A stretch of 63,397 nucleotides of DNA, filler included, from Octopus bimaculoides (lineage: Eukaryota): the NCBI RefSeq assembly GCF_001194135.2. It is 5 parts of 5 records of this genome, joined end to end, with 100 filler letters (N's around TTAATTAATTAA, not from the genome) between each part and the next. Parts side by side here need not be neighbours in the genome. Positions count along the whole stretch, not along the records: positions 20,610 to 24,703 come from NC_068990.1; positions 24,804 to 38,116 come from NC_068996.1; 3 more parts are not named here. One strand, 5' to 3'. Both the position numbers and the translations under genes were made by a program. Each line of letters starts with the position of its first letter. Within the stretch, counting starts at the first letter, position 1. Under the pieces are notes generated by a model. The model was not told the DNA's origin and ran no database searches. It saw nothing but the letters and a program-made list of their open reading frames with translations. Below are positions 22,232 to 34,389 of this stretch, piece by piece.

Positions 22232-24340
22232 TATTTGTTAGGTAGTATGATTTCTTGTTTACATATTGAGCTTCCTTAAAAAGTGAAAACAGTTTTTCGT
22301 TTTGCTCGTGTTTTGTGGCTATTTGTATTAGTTTTCCTTGCTTCTGAAGTAGGTTTTTTTGCAGTCCTATGGTGGATATTTTATAATTGTTTCCAGCTGT
22401 ATAAGGTCTCTACCACCTTCTGTACGTTGTTTATATAGCTTTTCTATGTCAAATCTTGGGTGGTGCATCCTAGATCCTGTTATTATTTTTCTTATTTTCC
22501 TGTCTATTTTGGTTAGTTCATTTAGTGTTCAGTTAAGGATATTGTAGCTGTAACTTATAACTGGTACGGCTAAAGTGTTAATACCTATTATCTTGTTTTT
22601 AGCATCGAGGTCTGTTTTCAGTATTGATCTAACTCGTCTATAGTATTCTTTCTCTATTTTCACTTTCATTTGTGTGTGCTGTATCGTATCTAGTTCATTG
22701 ATTCCTAAGTATTTGTATGTCTGGCTTTTGTCTAATTCTCTTATTTCATTTGCTTTATCTAATGTGATGTTGCTGTACTTAACTAGTTTTCCGCTTTTCA
22801 GGGTTGATTTGGAACATTTTTCTAATCCAAATTTCATATCTATTTCTTTGGTAAATCCATGTACTGTCTATAGTAGTGTTTCCAGCTGTTTATCATTTGT
22901 AGCGTATAGTTTTAGGTCATCCATATACAAAAGGTCGCTGATTGTTTTGCCGTAACATTTGTATCCGCATCCAGTTATATTTAGCAAGTCAGAGAAAGGT
23001 GTTCACTGCCAAGCAGAACAGGAGTGTAGAGAGCGTGTCTCCCTGGAATATTCGTCTTCTAATGGGGATAGCTTTCGTTTGCACGAGTCTCTGTTTTGTT
23101 TGGAGCTGTATCACTGTCTGCCATTTATTCATAGAGGGTCTTATGTATTTTATAATTATTGGTGCTACCTTGCTTATGGCTAGTGTTTCCAGAATCCACG
23201 TGTGGGGAACACTGTCGAAAGCCTTTTGGTAGTCCACCCAGGCCATACTGAGGCCTTTCTTCTTTCTGCGGCTGTCTTCAGTTATGGCTTTATTGATCAA
23301 TAATTGATCTTTACAGCCGTATGAGCCCTTGCAGAATCCCTTCTGCTCTTCTGGAAACAGGTTGTTTTCTTCCAGGTGCTTACTCAATCTCTGCGATATT
23401 ATTGCAGTAAAGGCTTTGTAGATTATAGGGAGACAGGTCTGTAGTTTTGTGGTTTTTCAGTTTGCGTGGATGTGTGAATTAGGATGGTTTTTCCCTTTCG
23501 TGAGCCATTAAGGCACTGTCTCTGGTTCTGCTAGTATGTTTTTAAAGTTTTCAACCATCTTTTTGTGTATTCAGGTCAAATATTTTAACCAGAATTTGGG
23601 GATCTTGTCGTGCCCAGGTGCCTTCCAGTTGCTTATTCTTTGCAGTGCCTGGATGACCTCTTTAGTTGTTATAGGAGTCCAGAGATGCTCATGTGGTAAG
23701 TTCGTTGTTTTAATAGTCCTTTTCTGAGGTTGTTGCTTCATCGACCATATTTCTTTCCAAAATTTTTCCACTTCTTCTGCTGTTGGTGCTGCAGTAATGT
23801 CTATTTTATTTTTGCCAAGTTCTTGGTGGAATTATGGGGTGGGGGTCAGAGTTGAACTGTTTGTTTTGTTCAAAGAAACGTTGGCGTTTCACATACCGGC
23901 GGATCCTTTGTGCTTTGGCAAGGATATCTTGCTTTAGCTTTTCTTTTACCTCAGATAAATCTTTTCCTGTAATTTTGCATTTGTTACTTAGTAGTGTTGA
24001 TTGTCCACTAATTTCGTTAAGAATCTACATTTCGTTTCTCTTTTTAAAAAATTTTTTGGGATATCATCTATCCACAAGGTTTGTTTGGGTGGTGGAACTC
24101 CTGTTTAGTTGGGTTTGAGGGTGTATCCTGCTTCTTTTGTGGCTGCAGTGGCTGCTTCATATATTATGTCATTTAGTTCAGTAATATTGCCATTTGTGTC
24201 TGTGGCTATTAGTTCCGTGACGGCCAGGTTTATGCTATTTATTATTGATGTTGTTTCATTATCTATTTTGATTTTTGGGAGGGATAATCGGTGGTCCATT
24301 CTGAGATCTGTGGTTTTCAGTTCTTTGATTATTCTCATTT
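22232..24340 (-). mobile_element. R4/Dong-clade LINE, 2.1-kb decayed ORF with RT
   Basis: WKAPGHDKI; EEQKGFCKGSYGCKDQLLI; WVDYQKAFDSVPHTWI; IFQGDTLS; YMDDLKL; MKFGLEKC; YKYLG; multiple frameshifts. Confidence 0.92.
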
Positions 24341-24351
24341 TTATAGTATCA

Positions 24352-24380
24352 CTAGCAGAGCCACCCGGCGTTGCCCGGGA
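24352..24380 (-). mobile_element. Helitron-type 3' terminus remnant
   Basis: Minus strand: CCCGG-GCAACG-CCGGG hairpin, 8 nt, CTAG, then T, the canonical Helitron 3' end. Confidence 0.5.
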
Positions 24381-24393
24381 ATGAAATTGTTGC

Positions 24394-24703
24394 TTACTCT
24401 TTTACTTGTTTCAGTCATTTGACTGCGGCCATGCTGGAGCACCGCCTTTAGTCGAGCTAATCAACCCCAGGACAAATTCTTTGGAAGCCTAGTACTTATT
24501 CTATCGGTCTCTTTTGCCGAACCGCTAAGTTACGGGGACGTAAACACACCAGCATCGGTTGTCAAGCGATGTTGGGGGACAAACACAGACACACAAACAC
24601 ACACATACACATATATATACATATATACGACGGGCTTATTTCAGTTTCCGTCTACCAAATCCACTCACAAGGCTTTGGTCGGCCCGAGGCTATAGTAGAA
24701 GAC
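24394..24703 (-). mobile_element. SINE-A, low divergence, head in gap
   Basis: Near-identical to 36606-36920. Confidence 0.92.
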
Positions 24704-24803
24704 NNNNNNNNNNNNNNNNNNNNNNNNNNNNNNNNNNNNNNNNNNNNTTAATTAATTAANNNNNNNNNNNNNNNNNNNNNNNNNNNNNNNNNNNNNNNNN
24801 NNN

Positions 24804-24834
<31 letters not shown>

Positions 24835-24874
24835 CATATATATATATACATATATATATACATATATACATATA

Positions 24875-25080
24875 TAAGATGGCAGACCCCTCGTTATCGA
24901 GTATTGCCTTTGCACGAATCTTAACTTAACTGTGCTGTGATCGAATGTGACTTTTTAGCCCAGCCAAAGATCTACAATGTCTTGCACAGAGTCAGCACCC
25001 AAAACCTTTACTGGCAATAGCTGGCTGTTGTTGTAATTGGACTCCATGTACCTTTGCGTGTCGTATAAGTCCTCCTGCTG
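24875..25080 (-). mobile_element. Probable LINE (RTE-like) 3' end running into (AT)n
   Basis: AGGLIRHAKVH resembles the terminal C2H2 zinc-finger half of RTE ORFs; ends in a microsatellite tail. Confidence 0.4.
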
Positions 25081-25948
25081 AATATATACATATATATATA
25101 TAAATATATTTATATACATATTTATACATATATATACATACATACATACACACACACACACATATATATATANNNNNNNNNNNNNNNNNNNNNNNNNNNN
25201 NNNNNNNNNNNNNNNNNNNNNNNNNNNNNNNNNNNNNNNNNNNNNNNNNNNNNNNNNNNNNNNNNNNNNNNNNNNNNNNNNNNNNNNNNNNNNNNNNNNN
25301 NNNNNNNNNNNNNNNNNNNNNNNNNNNNNNNNNNNNNNNNNNNNNNNNNNNNNNNNNNNNNNNNNNNNNNNNNNNNNNNNNNNNNNNNNNNNNNNNNNNN
25401 NNNNNNNNNNNNNNNNNNNNNNNNNNNNNNNNNNNNNNNNNNNNNNNNNNNNNNNNNNNNNNNNNNNNNNNNNNNNNNNNNNNNNNNNNNNNNNNNNNNN
25501 NNNNNNNNNNNNNNNNNNNNNNNNNNNNNNNNNNNNNNNNNNNNNNNNNNNNNNNNNNNNNNNNNNNNNNNNNNNNNNNNNNNNNNNNNNNNNNNNNNNN
25601 NNNNNNNNNNNNNNNNNNNNNNNNNNNNNNNNNNNNNNNNNNNNNNNNNNNNNNNNNNNNNNNNNNNNNNNNNNNNNNNNNNNNNNNNNNNNNNNNNNNN
25701 NNNNNNNNNNNNNNNNNNNNNNNNNNNNNNNNNNNNNNNNNNNNNNNNNNNNNNNNNNNNNNNNNNNNNNNNNNNNNNNNNNNNNNNNNNNNNNNNNNNN
25801 NNNNNNNNNNNNNNNNNNNNNNNNNNNNNNNNNNNNNNNNNNNNNNNNNNNNNNNNNNNNNNNNNNNNNNNNNNNNNNNNNNNNNNNNNNNNNNNNNNNN
25901 NNNNNNNNNNNNNNNNNNNNNNNNNNNNNNNNNNNNNNNNNNNNNNNN

Positions 25949-25980
<32 letters not shown>

Positions 25981-25984
25981 TCCA

Positions 25985-26135
25985 AGAGGTTTAGGGGTTG
26001 AGAAACCAACCCACTAGGGGATAATATCATCCAATATACTGCCGGGAGGGTACCCAATAATTATTACACTAGTGTTTTACCAAGTGCAATAAGTGGGTGC
26101 GGTTAAAAGCGGGTCTTACCCTAAATTTATATACC
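25985..26135 (+). repeat. Second copy of the 6948-7106 repeat
   Basis: Manual alignment in opposite orientation. Confidence 0.8.
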
Positions 26136-26164
26136 AATAAGAAAATGGAGGGGAATATGAGGTA

Positions 26165-26612
26165 CTCATCAACACGCCACATTTTCTCAGTCCGAACTCC
26201 ATTCTGATATCAGTACTGAAAGTATACACCGTATCAACGAGGGAACTGACTTGGGCTTCATCTTTATCATAAAGTTTGAGATCATCCATGAATAACAAGT
26301 GATTGATTTTTGTTGGCGGCTCTTGAATAAATACATACCCAGCTTTTGCTTTCCTCAGAATCAGTGTTAGTGGTATCAAGCACAATACAAAAATCAGTGG
26401 GGACCGACAGTACCCTTGGAAGATGCCCCTCCTGATTTCTATTGTCCCTAAACGTCTTCCATATGCTGTCAGGTCCGTCCTCCAATTCGCCATACTTTTT
26501 CGAAGCATTCGCTCAACATTCGATGCAATATCAAATAGGCTCGTACATTCCATAATCCAAGAATGTGGGATCATATCGTATGCCTTACGGCGCACCACCA
26601 TAACACCTTAAT
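26165..26612 (-). mobile_element. R4/Dong-clade RT fragment, different subfamily
   Basis: KAYDMIPHSWI; IRRGIFQG; NHLLFMDDLKLY; MEFGLRKC. Confidence 0.88.
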
Positions 26613-26810
26613 AAGAAATGGCTGTTATTTCGACGATTGAATACATAAAAGGCTCTAAACATTCAAGAAAACAGGAAAAGGACTTACAAAATCACGACAG
26701 GAACTCCTTTGATTAACGGTCTATTCAGAATAGACAGAATAAACCTATGCCAGTAGTAGCAGCAACAGCAGCAAAATAAGAAGCGACAACGACGAAACGA
26801 CGACGGTAAC

Positions 26811-26886
<76 letters not shown>

Positions 26887-27212
26887 CGATGAGGATGATG
26901 ATGTCGATGATGATGATGATGACGATGATGATGATGATGACGACGACGATGANNNNNNNNNNNNNNNNNNNNNNNNNNNNNNNNNNNNNNNNNNNNNNNN
27001 NNNNNNNNNNNNNNNNNNNNNNNNNNNNNNNNNNNNNNNNNNNNNNNNNNNNNNNNNNNNNNNNNNNNNNNNNNNNNNNNNNNNNNNNNNNNNNNNNNNN
27101 NNNNNNNNNNNNNNNNNNNNNNNNNNNNNNNNNNNNNNNNNNNNNNNNNNNNNNNNNNNTGATGATGATGATGATGGTAATGGCGATGATGATGATGATG
27201 ACGATGATGATG

Positions 27213-27280
<68 letters not shown>

Positions 27281-27328
27281 GATGGTGATGCCGATGATGA
27301 TGATGATGACGATGATGATGATGATGAC

Positions 27329-27376
<48 letters not shown>

Positions 27377-27650
27377 GATGGTGATGGCGATGATGATGAT
27401 GATGGTGGTGGTGGTGGTGGTGGTGGTGGTGATGATGATGATGACCATGACGATGGTGATGACGACAACAACGATGATGATGATGATGACATGATGTTGA
27501 TAAAGATGGTGATGAACGATGAAGGCGATGAATGATTAAGGCGATGATGATGATGATGAAAGTGATGGTGATGGGTATGACGATGATGATTATGATGACG
27601 ACGAAGTTGACGACAACGACGATGATGAAGTTGATGATGATAATGATGAT
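26811..27650. repeat. Long (GAT)n/(GGT)n array containing a gap
   Basis: Direct reading; source of the poly-M/H/S/I/D pseudo-ORFs. Confidence 0.95.
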
Positions 27651-27937
27651 TCCTTTAGTCATTAAAAGTGGGGTTTAAGTCAAGTACTAAAAAAGAAATT
27701 TTTAAGTTACATATGCTCCCTGAACAACATGGATCGAGGGGCACACCCTCTAGCGCAGTTCGTGTGGTGGTGCAGGGACCCACATAAAAGCTCAGATCAC
27801 TCTTTTATATCTAAGTCACCAAAATTACTTTCACCCCCAAGCTTCGTTATTCTTACTTAGAAATGTATACTCAAGGAAAGTTAGTAAAATTTTGAAATAA
27901 TAAAAAATAGTAATAGTAATAATAAAAACAATAACAA

Positions 27938-27984
<47 letters not shown>

Positions 27985-27988
<4 letters not shown>

Positions 27989-28861
27989 GAAACAACAAAA
28001 GCTATAAAACAAATTAAATCCAAACTAAAACTAGAACAGCAACGGACCATGATAAAACGATGGCAAGAAAAGCCCCTACATGGTAAATACTGGGCTAAAC
28101 TAAATGCAAAAGAAATAGACAGGAAAATCCCAGCAATGGCTGAGAAGCTCGGGACTCAAAGTAGAGACTGAAGGATTTTTAATTGCTGCACAAGACCAAA
28201 ACCTCCCCACCAGAAATTACCAAAAACATATAATGAAAAGAAACATAACAAGTAACTGTAGAATATGTGGAGATGGACAAGAAACAATAAATCATATTAT
28301 CTCTGGCTTCCCAGTCCTGACTAAGAAGGAATATATTCACAGACACGACAGAGCTGGGACCTATATACATTGGAAGCTATGCCAACACTATGGAATAACA
28401 ACTAAAAAAAAGATGGTATAAACACACGCCAGAATAGGTCACAGAAAACGAGAAAGCAACCATACTCTGGGATATGCCAATACACACAGGATAGAGAAAT
28501 TAAGGCCAATAGACCAGATATAGTTGTCAAAGATCATGAAGGAAGAAAATGCTTTCTAATTGAGGTATCAATACCAGCAGATGACAACGTTTCTCTAAAA
28601 GAAATGGAGAAACTTTCAAAATACAAAGACCTGGAAATAGAGGTAACTCAAATGTGGAATCTATAAACAGAAACAATTCCTTTCATAGTAGGCGCCTTAG
28701 GTATAATAAAAAAATATTCAGACAAATACATTAAAAAAAAACACCAGGACTTACAAATATATATAAACCATAAGAGCATCACAGCAAACCACAGCACATA
28801 CCCAAGGCACACAAAGCTGCACTCGGTAGTAAAGTGAAAGCACGTAATAAAAATAAAACTA

Positions 28862-28870
<9 letters not shown>
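27985..28870 (+). mobile_element. R4/Dong-clade LINE 3' part (CCHC knuckle, restriction-like endonuclease, 3' UTR) ending in (AAT)n
   Basis: WQEKPLHGKY; AAQDQ; CRICGDGQETINHIISG; HRHDRAGTYIHWKLC; KANRPDIVVKD; KYKDLEIE; tail (AAT)n 28868-28956. Confidence 0.92.
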
Positions 28871-28959
<89 letters not shown>

Positions 28960-29399
28960 ATAAAATTTTTAGTTTCTAAATTTTATATTTTAATTACAGC
29001 AAACGCTGTAAAAACAAACTCATAACAAAACCAACCAATGAAGAAAGAACGGTGGACAGATAACCATAAATATTATGAAATAGTTGATTTATGATTTACA
29101 CACACTACTATGCCGCACTGCTCCAAAAACATACTGGAATATACTCATACCGTAAATACCCAACAAAATGAACAGAACACAACCTGCACTGCAGAAACAA
29201 AACAATACAGAAACTAATACAACAGAAGATTCAAACCAAACTCCATAACAAAACATATTGGTACAATACAATATCCACCACCCAAATGCAGCACACACCA
29301 TCTCGCCAGCAGAAAGGCGCAACAAATGATGTTACTGAAAGCTGCTTGAAACTATCAGTTGTTGAAAAATAATAGGGGTGATGACGTTTGTAACGGAAG

Positions 29400-30923
29400 T
29401 TACCTTGCCTCAGTTTATGAGAAACAGGAGCTTCCGAAGAAACTTCAGTTGTAACAGCGAAAATGAAACTGCACCTTTAAGAGAAGGCCTCTTGCTCGGC
29501 AGTGGTTTAGTAAAGATGCTGACAATAGCTGTTATCCTAATACAGCATCAGCAGATAATAGAGCAAGGAGGAGGAAGTGGGCCAGAAAAGAAAACAGGAT
29601 AGTGATGCAGAGCTACTTAGAAAGTGAACCTAAAAGAAGGGGCTACAGAAAACGGCTTTTAACACTTTGGGTAGAGAAGGGTATGTAAAGTGACTGAGTA
29701 GAGACTAGTTGATCAGGCTAATGCTATTAGGAGAAGAAAGTGGATGACAGAATTGGAAGTGGAAGAGATCACAAGAGAACTGGAAAAGAAAGACCAGGCA
29801 ATAGGAAAGGCAAAAAACAACAAAAGTGATAAATCTCAAATCAAAAGTGGACCTCAAGGAAAAAATAATTATAGTGCTATTAATAGGGACAACTGGCACC
29901 AGCGACTCAAATGATTTAAGTGAGGAAGATCGGAAGATTTTAGGTGAGTTGCAGGAAGTNNNNNNNNNNNNNNNNNNNNNNNNNNNNNNNNNNNNNNNNN
30001 NNNNNNNNNNNNNNNNNNNNNNNNNNNNNNNNNNNNNNNNNNNNNNNNNNNNNNNNNNNNNNNNNNNNNNNNNNNNNNNNNNNNNNNNNNNNNNNNNNNN
30101 NNNNNNNNNNNNNNNNNNNNNNNNNNNNNNNNNNNNNNNNNNNNNNNNNNNNNNNNNNNNNNNNNNNNNAACGTAGTTCTCGGGGATATTCAGTGTGACA
30201 CAGTGTGACAAGGCTGACCCTTTGATTTACAGGCACAACAGAAACAGGAAGTAAGAGTGAGAGAAGGTTGTGGTGAAAGAGTACAGCAGGGTTCGCCACC
30301 ATACCCTGCCGGAGCCTCGTGGAGCTTTTAGGTGTTTTCGCTCAGTAAACACTCACAACGCCCGGTCTGGGAATCGAAACCGCGACCCTATGACCGCGAG
30401 TCCACTGCCCTAACCACTGGGCCATTGCGCCTCCACAAGAAAAAGAATACCGAGATTAAAAGGCAGCAACAGAAAGAAGCTGCAAGAAATGACTAGAAAA
30501 GTAGGCTGTGTTTTCAGGAGGATAAATACTAAAAATATAGGAGACACTAACTTATTGATCCATTCAAGGGTGGGGGTAGTAGTCGCTAGAAGATTAGATA
30601 TCTCACAAGGAAAGACTAAGAAAGAGCAAACGTGGAAAAGGTGACTACAAATAAAATGACAAGATCTGAGTGGAATAGAAGCAAGGAAACTGAACAAGTT
30701 GGGAAACACAAGATGTAAATCTTCTCTTGAGAAAGGGTACTTAGTCAAAGAGAATGGATTTAGGACAGTAATAGAAGAGTTGAAACAGCGTATCATAACA
30801 GTAGCAGAGAAGCTCTCCAGATATCAGAAAAGAATAGATCAGTATCAACAGAATAGATTATTTGAGACAGACCGGAGGAGGTTTTATATCCAAATAAATA
30901 GTGGTGAAAGAAGTAATGAAGAT
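29400..30923 (+). mobile_element. R4-clade LINE N-terminal ORF region, interrupted by a gap and a SINE-D
   Basis: RRKWARKENRIVMQSYL..GYRKRL; RLVDQANAIRRRKWMTELEVEEI; EELKQRI..KLSRYQKRIDQYQQNRLF..RRFY; 5' boundary approximate. Confidence 0.8.
30170..30436 (-). mobile_element. SINE-D (head type 2) nested in the R4 LINE
   Basis: High similarity to 15520-15792. Confidence 0.9.
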
Positions 30924-30987
30924 GAATCGAAACCACAGTCTTACAATCATGACTCCAACACCCTAACCACTAAGCCACGCGCCTCCA
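30924..30987 (-). mobile_element. tRNA-like SINE head only
   Basis: GGAGGCGCGTGGCTTAGTGGTTAGGGTG..GGTTTCGATTC. Confidence 0.7.
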
Positions 30988-30990
30988 TTA

Positions 30991-31056
<66 letters not shown>

Positions 31057-31066
31057 NNNNNNNNNN

Positions 31067-31113
<47 letters not shown>

Positions 31114-31116
<3 letters not shown>

Positions 31117-31312
31117 TTTGTGTCTGTGTTTGTCCCTCCTTTATCACCACTTGCCAACCAGTGTTGGTGAGTATATCTCCCCGTAATATAGCGGTTCGGC
31201 AAAAATTCCCGATAGAATCATTAATATGCTTACAAAGAATAAAGCCCTTCAAGGCGGTGCTCCAGCATGTCCGCAGTCAAATGAGTAAAGCAAGTAAAAG
31301 AATAAAAGAATA
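31114..31312 (+). mobile_element. SINE-A 3' half
   Basis: Homology to 740-942, preceded by (TG)n. Confidence 0.8.
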
Positions 31313-31995
31313 TACAAGATAATGTACGCCAGATCGACTATGCCTGATAAACAAAAAAAGAAAAAAAAAAGAAAAAGTTAGGGTGTTCATAGCTGAAACC
31401 GCTAGATTTGGCCGATTTGTGATGAACCGGGACTAAACAAAAACAACAATAACAACGACCATGACAGTAGTAGTAGTAATAGTAACAACAACAACAGTTT
31501 GTTTTTCAAAAAACGTTATTACGTTGACTCTAATACAGACAGGACTCAAAAGGTGGCGCCCCTCACGTTACTGGGCGTGTGCAGGTTTCTTCTATTTTCA
31601 GGTTTATTGGTTTGTGTAAGTAAAGTACTTGTCAAATATGTGAAAGTAAGAGTTGGAGAGGTGAGTGTGGTAGAAGAGAGACACAGACAGAAAGAGCGCG
31701 TGTGTGTGTGCGCGCGTGTGCGCGTGTGTTTGTGTGCGTGTGTGTGTCGGGGACAAATAAAGAGAATATGTACATACAAGGGGTTGTATATCGCATGTAT
31801 TGATAGACATGTGGATGTATGCCTGTGCCAATGAAACAAGATTGAGGTAATAGAGAACAAGTTGTATGTGTAAATATGTACGTGTGTATGTATATACGTG
31901 TATGTATGAGAAAAAACAGGCTACGCACGAATGTGCTTGAGTGTTTGTGTATGACTGTGTGCGTGTGTACGTCCGTGCGTATGTGTGTGTGTGTG

Positions 31996-32026
<31 letters not shown>

Positions 32027-33077
32027 CTTTGTGTGTGTGGGGGAGGGCGTGTATGTGAGTGTTAGAAAAGGAGTGTGAATGAACGATCGCATTATACACA
32101 AAATGTGAGAACAAAATGCAAAAAAAAAAGAGAGAGAGAGAGAGAGAGGAAGAGAGAGAATGACAGAGAGGGTGAGAGAGAGAGAGAACGAATAAAAGAA
32201 TGAATAAAAGAAAAATTAAACATGTTTTTGTCATTGATCTCAGACCCAGGTCGAATCTCGCAGAGGCCAAAGTTGTAACCGTTATGAATAACTTGTGTAT
32301 ATATGCATACATACATATACATATACATACATACATACATACATATATACAGATGTTTAGAGAAAAATTTGTAGTTTAGAATCAGTAGTTCTTTGACTGC
32401 TATTTCTAAATTTTCAGTATGTTGGAGAAGCAACTCAATGCTAATCCCTGTATATTTATGATGATAAATGGTTTTACCGATAAAGGTTTTTTCATACTGA
32501 ACTACTTGGCAAAATTGTTAATTATTAATTCTATTATTAATTGACGATTCCCTGCCCTTATTCTTGTATATTTTATATTTGATATCTCTAAGTTAGATGG
32601 TTAAACCGTAATCCCTCCACACGGGACTTCTTNNNNNNNNNNNNNNNNNNNNNNNNNNNNNNNNNNNNNNNNNNNNNNNNNNNNNNNNNNNNNNNNNNNN
32701 NNNNNNNNNNNNNNNNNNNNNNNNNNNNNNNNNNNNNNNNNNNNNNNNNNNNNNNNNNNNNNNNNNNNNNNNNNNNNNNNNNNNNNNNNNNNNNNNNNNN
32801 NNNNNNNNNNNNNNNNNNNNNNNNNNNNNNNNNNNNNNNNNNNNNNNNNNNNNNNNNNNNNNNNNNNNNNNNNNNNNNNNNNNNNNNNNNNNNNNNNNNN
32901 NNNNNNNNNNNNNNNNNNNNNNNNNNNNNNNNNNNNNNNNNNNNNNNNNNNNNNNNNNNNNNNNNNNNNNNNNNNNNNNNNNNNNNNNNNNNNNNNNNNN
33001 NNNNNNNNNNNNNNNNNNNNNNNNNNNNNNNNNNNNNNNNNNNNNNNNNNNNNNNNNNNNNNNNNNNNNTATATATA

Positions 33078-33261
33078 TTGTTCTATATTTAAGAGAAGAG
33101 AAATTGTGTACGTTATTTACATTATTTACATTTGACGGATATTTGTCCTCATCTTGTTTGTTGTTAACACAACGTTTCGGCTGATATACTCTCCAGTCTT
33201 CATCAGGTGTATTTTGGAAATTTCGAACCTGGGTTCTCATTCCTAAGGTATTTTTCGATGT
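33078..33261 (-). mobile_element. Penelope-like terminal repeat carrying a hammerhead motif
   Basis: 33/34-nt match to the 3' end of the PLE at 21738-21771; contains CTGATGA...GAAAC. Confidence 0.75.
33166..33212 (-). ncRNA. Minimal type I hammerhead ribozyme motif (PLE-associated)
   Basis: ACAC-CUGAUGA-A-GACUG(loop 10)CAGCC-GAAA-CG-UU-GUGU: intact core, stem I ACAC/GUGU, loopless palindromic ACGU stem III, one mismatch in stem II. Confidence 0.72.
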
Positions 33262-33282
33262 CATTATTATTATTATTCTTAT

Positions 33283-33702
33283 TTTATGTTTGACTTTTGC
33301 TTTGCATTTGTACAAGTTGGATCCAAGTCTCACCCAGAGACCTCAAGAGACAACAAGTTCATGTAGGTGTTATGCCTAGGGTACCATATATTTGAATTTG
33401 TACAGTGTTGTTCTAGAGAATGTTTTAAAATTTGAGATCACATAGACAGTATTTTACGTAGGATATGGGCAGTTCCCATGAGCACTATCTTTTGAACTTC
33501 AGCCATTTTGCTGTTTCCTGGTACCTGAGCTAGGTAGTAATGAGCCCTTTTCGCTGTCATTCCCAGGGTACCTATGACAATAGGTATTGTTTTCGTCTTC
33601 AGATTCCACATTTTGCTAATTTCTATTTCAAGATCTTTATATTTGCTCAGTTTTTGGTAGGTCTTGACAGATACGTTTATATCGATTGGGACAGTCATAT
33701 CA
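33283..33702 (-). mobile_element. R4/Dong-clade LINE 3' end with 3' UTR
   Basis: KLSKYKDLEIEISKMW..TIPIVIGTLG..VQKIVLMGTAHILRKILSM*; abuts (AAT)n at 33262-33282. Confidence 0.9.
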
Positions 33703-34125
33703 NNNNNNNNNNNNNNNNNNNNNNNNNNNNNNNNNNNNNNNNNNNNNNNNNNNNNNNNNNNNNNNNNNNNNNNNNNNNNNNNNNNNNNNNNNNNNNNNNN
33801 NNNNNNNNNNNNNNNNNNNNNNNNNNNNNNNNNNNNNNNNNNNNNNNNNNNNNNNNNNNNNNNNNNNNNNNNNNNNNNNNNNNNNNNNNNNNNNNNNNNN
33901 NNNNNNNNNNNNNNNNNNNNNNNNNNNNNNNNNNNNNNNNNNNNNNNNNNNNNNNNNNNNNNNNNNNNNNNNNNNNNNNNNNNNNNNNNNNNNNNNNNNN
34001 NNNNNNNNNNNNNNNNNNNNNNNNNNNNNNNNNNNNNNNNNNNNNNNNNNNNNNNNNNNNNNNNNNNNNNNNNNNNNNNNNNNNNNNNNNNNNNNNNNNN
34101 NNNNNNNNNNNNNNNNNNNNNNNNN

Positions 34126-34159
<34 letters not shown>

Positions 34160-34167
34160 CATATAGA

Positions 34168-34389
34168 TGTGTGTGTTTGTGTGTCTGTGTTTGTCCCCCC
34201 AACATCGCTTGAGAACCGATGCTGGTGTGTTTACGTTTCCGTAACTTAGTGGTTCGGTAAAAGAGACCGATAGAATAAGTACTAGGCTTACAAAGAATAA
34301 GTCCTGGGGTCGATTAGCTCGACTAAAAAGGCGGTGCTCCAGCATGGCCTCAGTCAAATGACTGAAACAATTAAAAGAGTAAAAGAGTA
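34168..34389 (+). mobile_element. SINE-A 3' half
   Basis: High identity to 740-942. Confidence 0.9.

Noticed and set aside
26684-27662. Long poly-I/S/H/M ORFs
   Set aside because: Translations of a (GAT)n array across a gap
29020-29330. Possible extra R4 N-terminal fragment
   Set aside because: Resemblance too weak to call without an alignment
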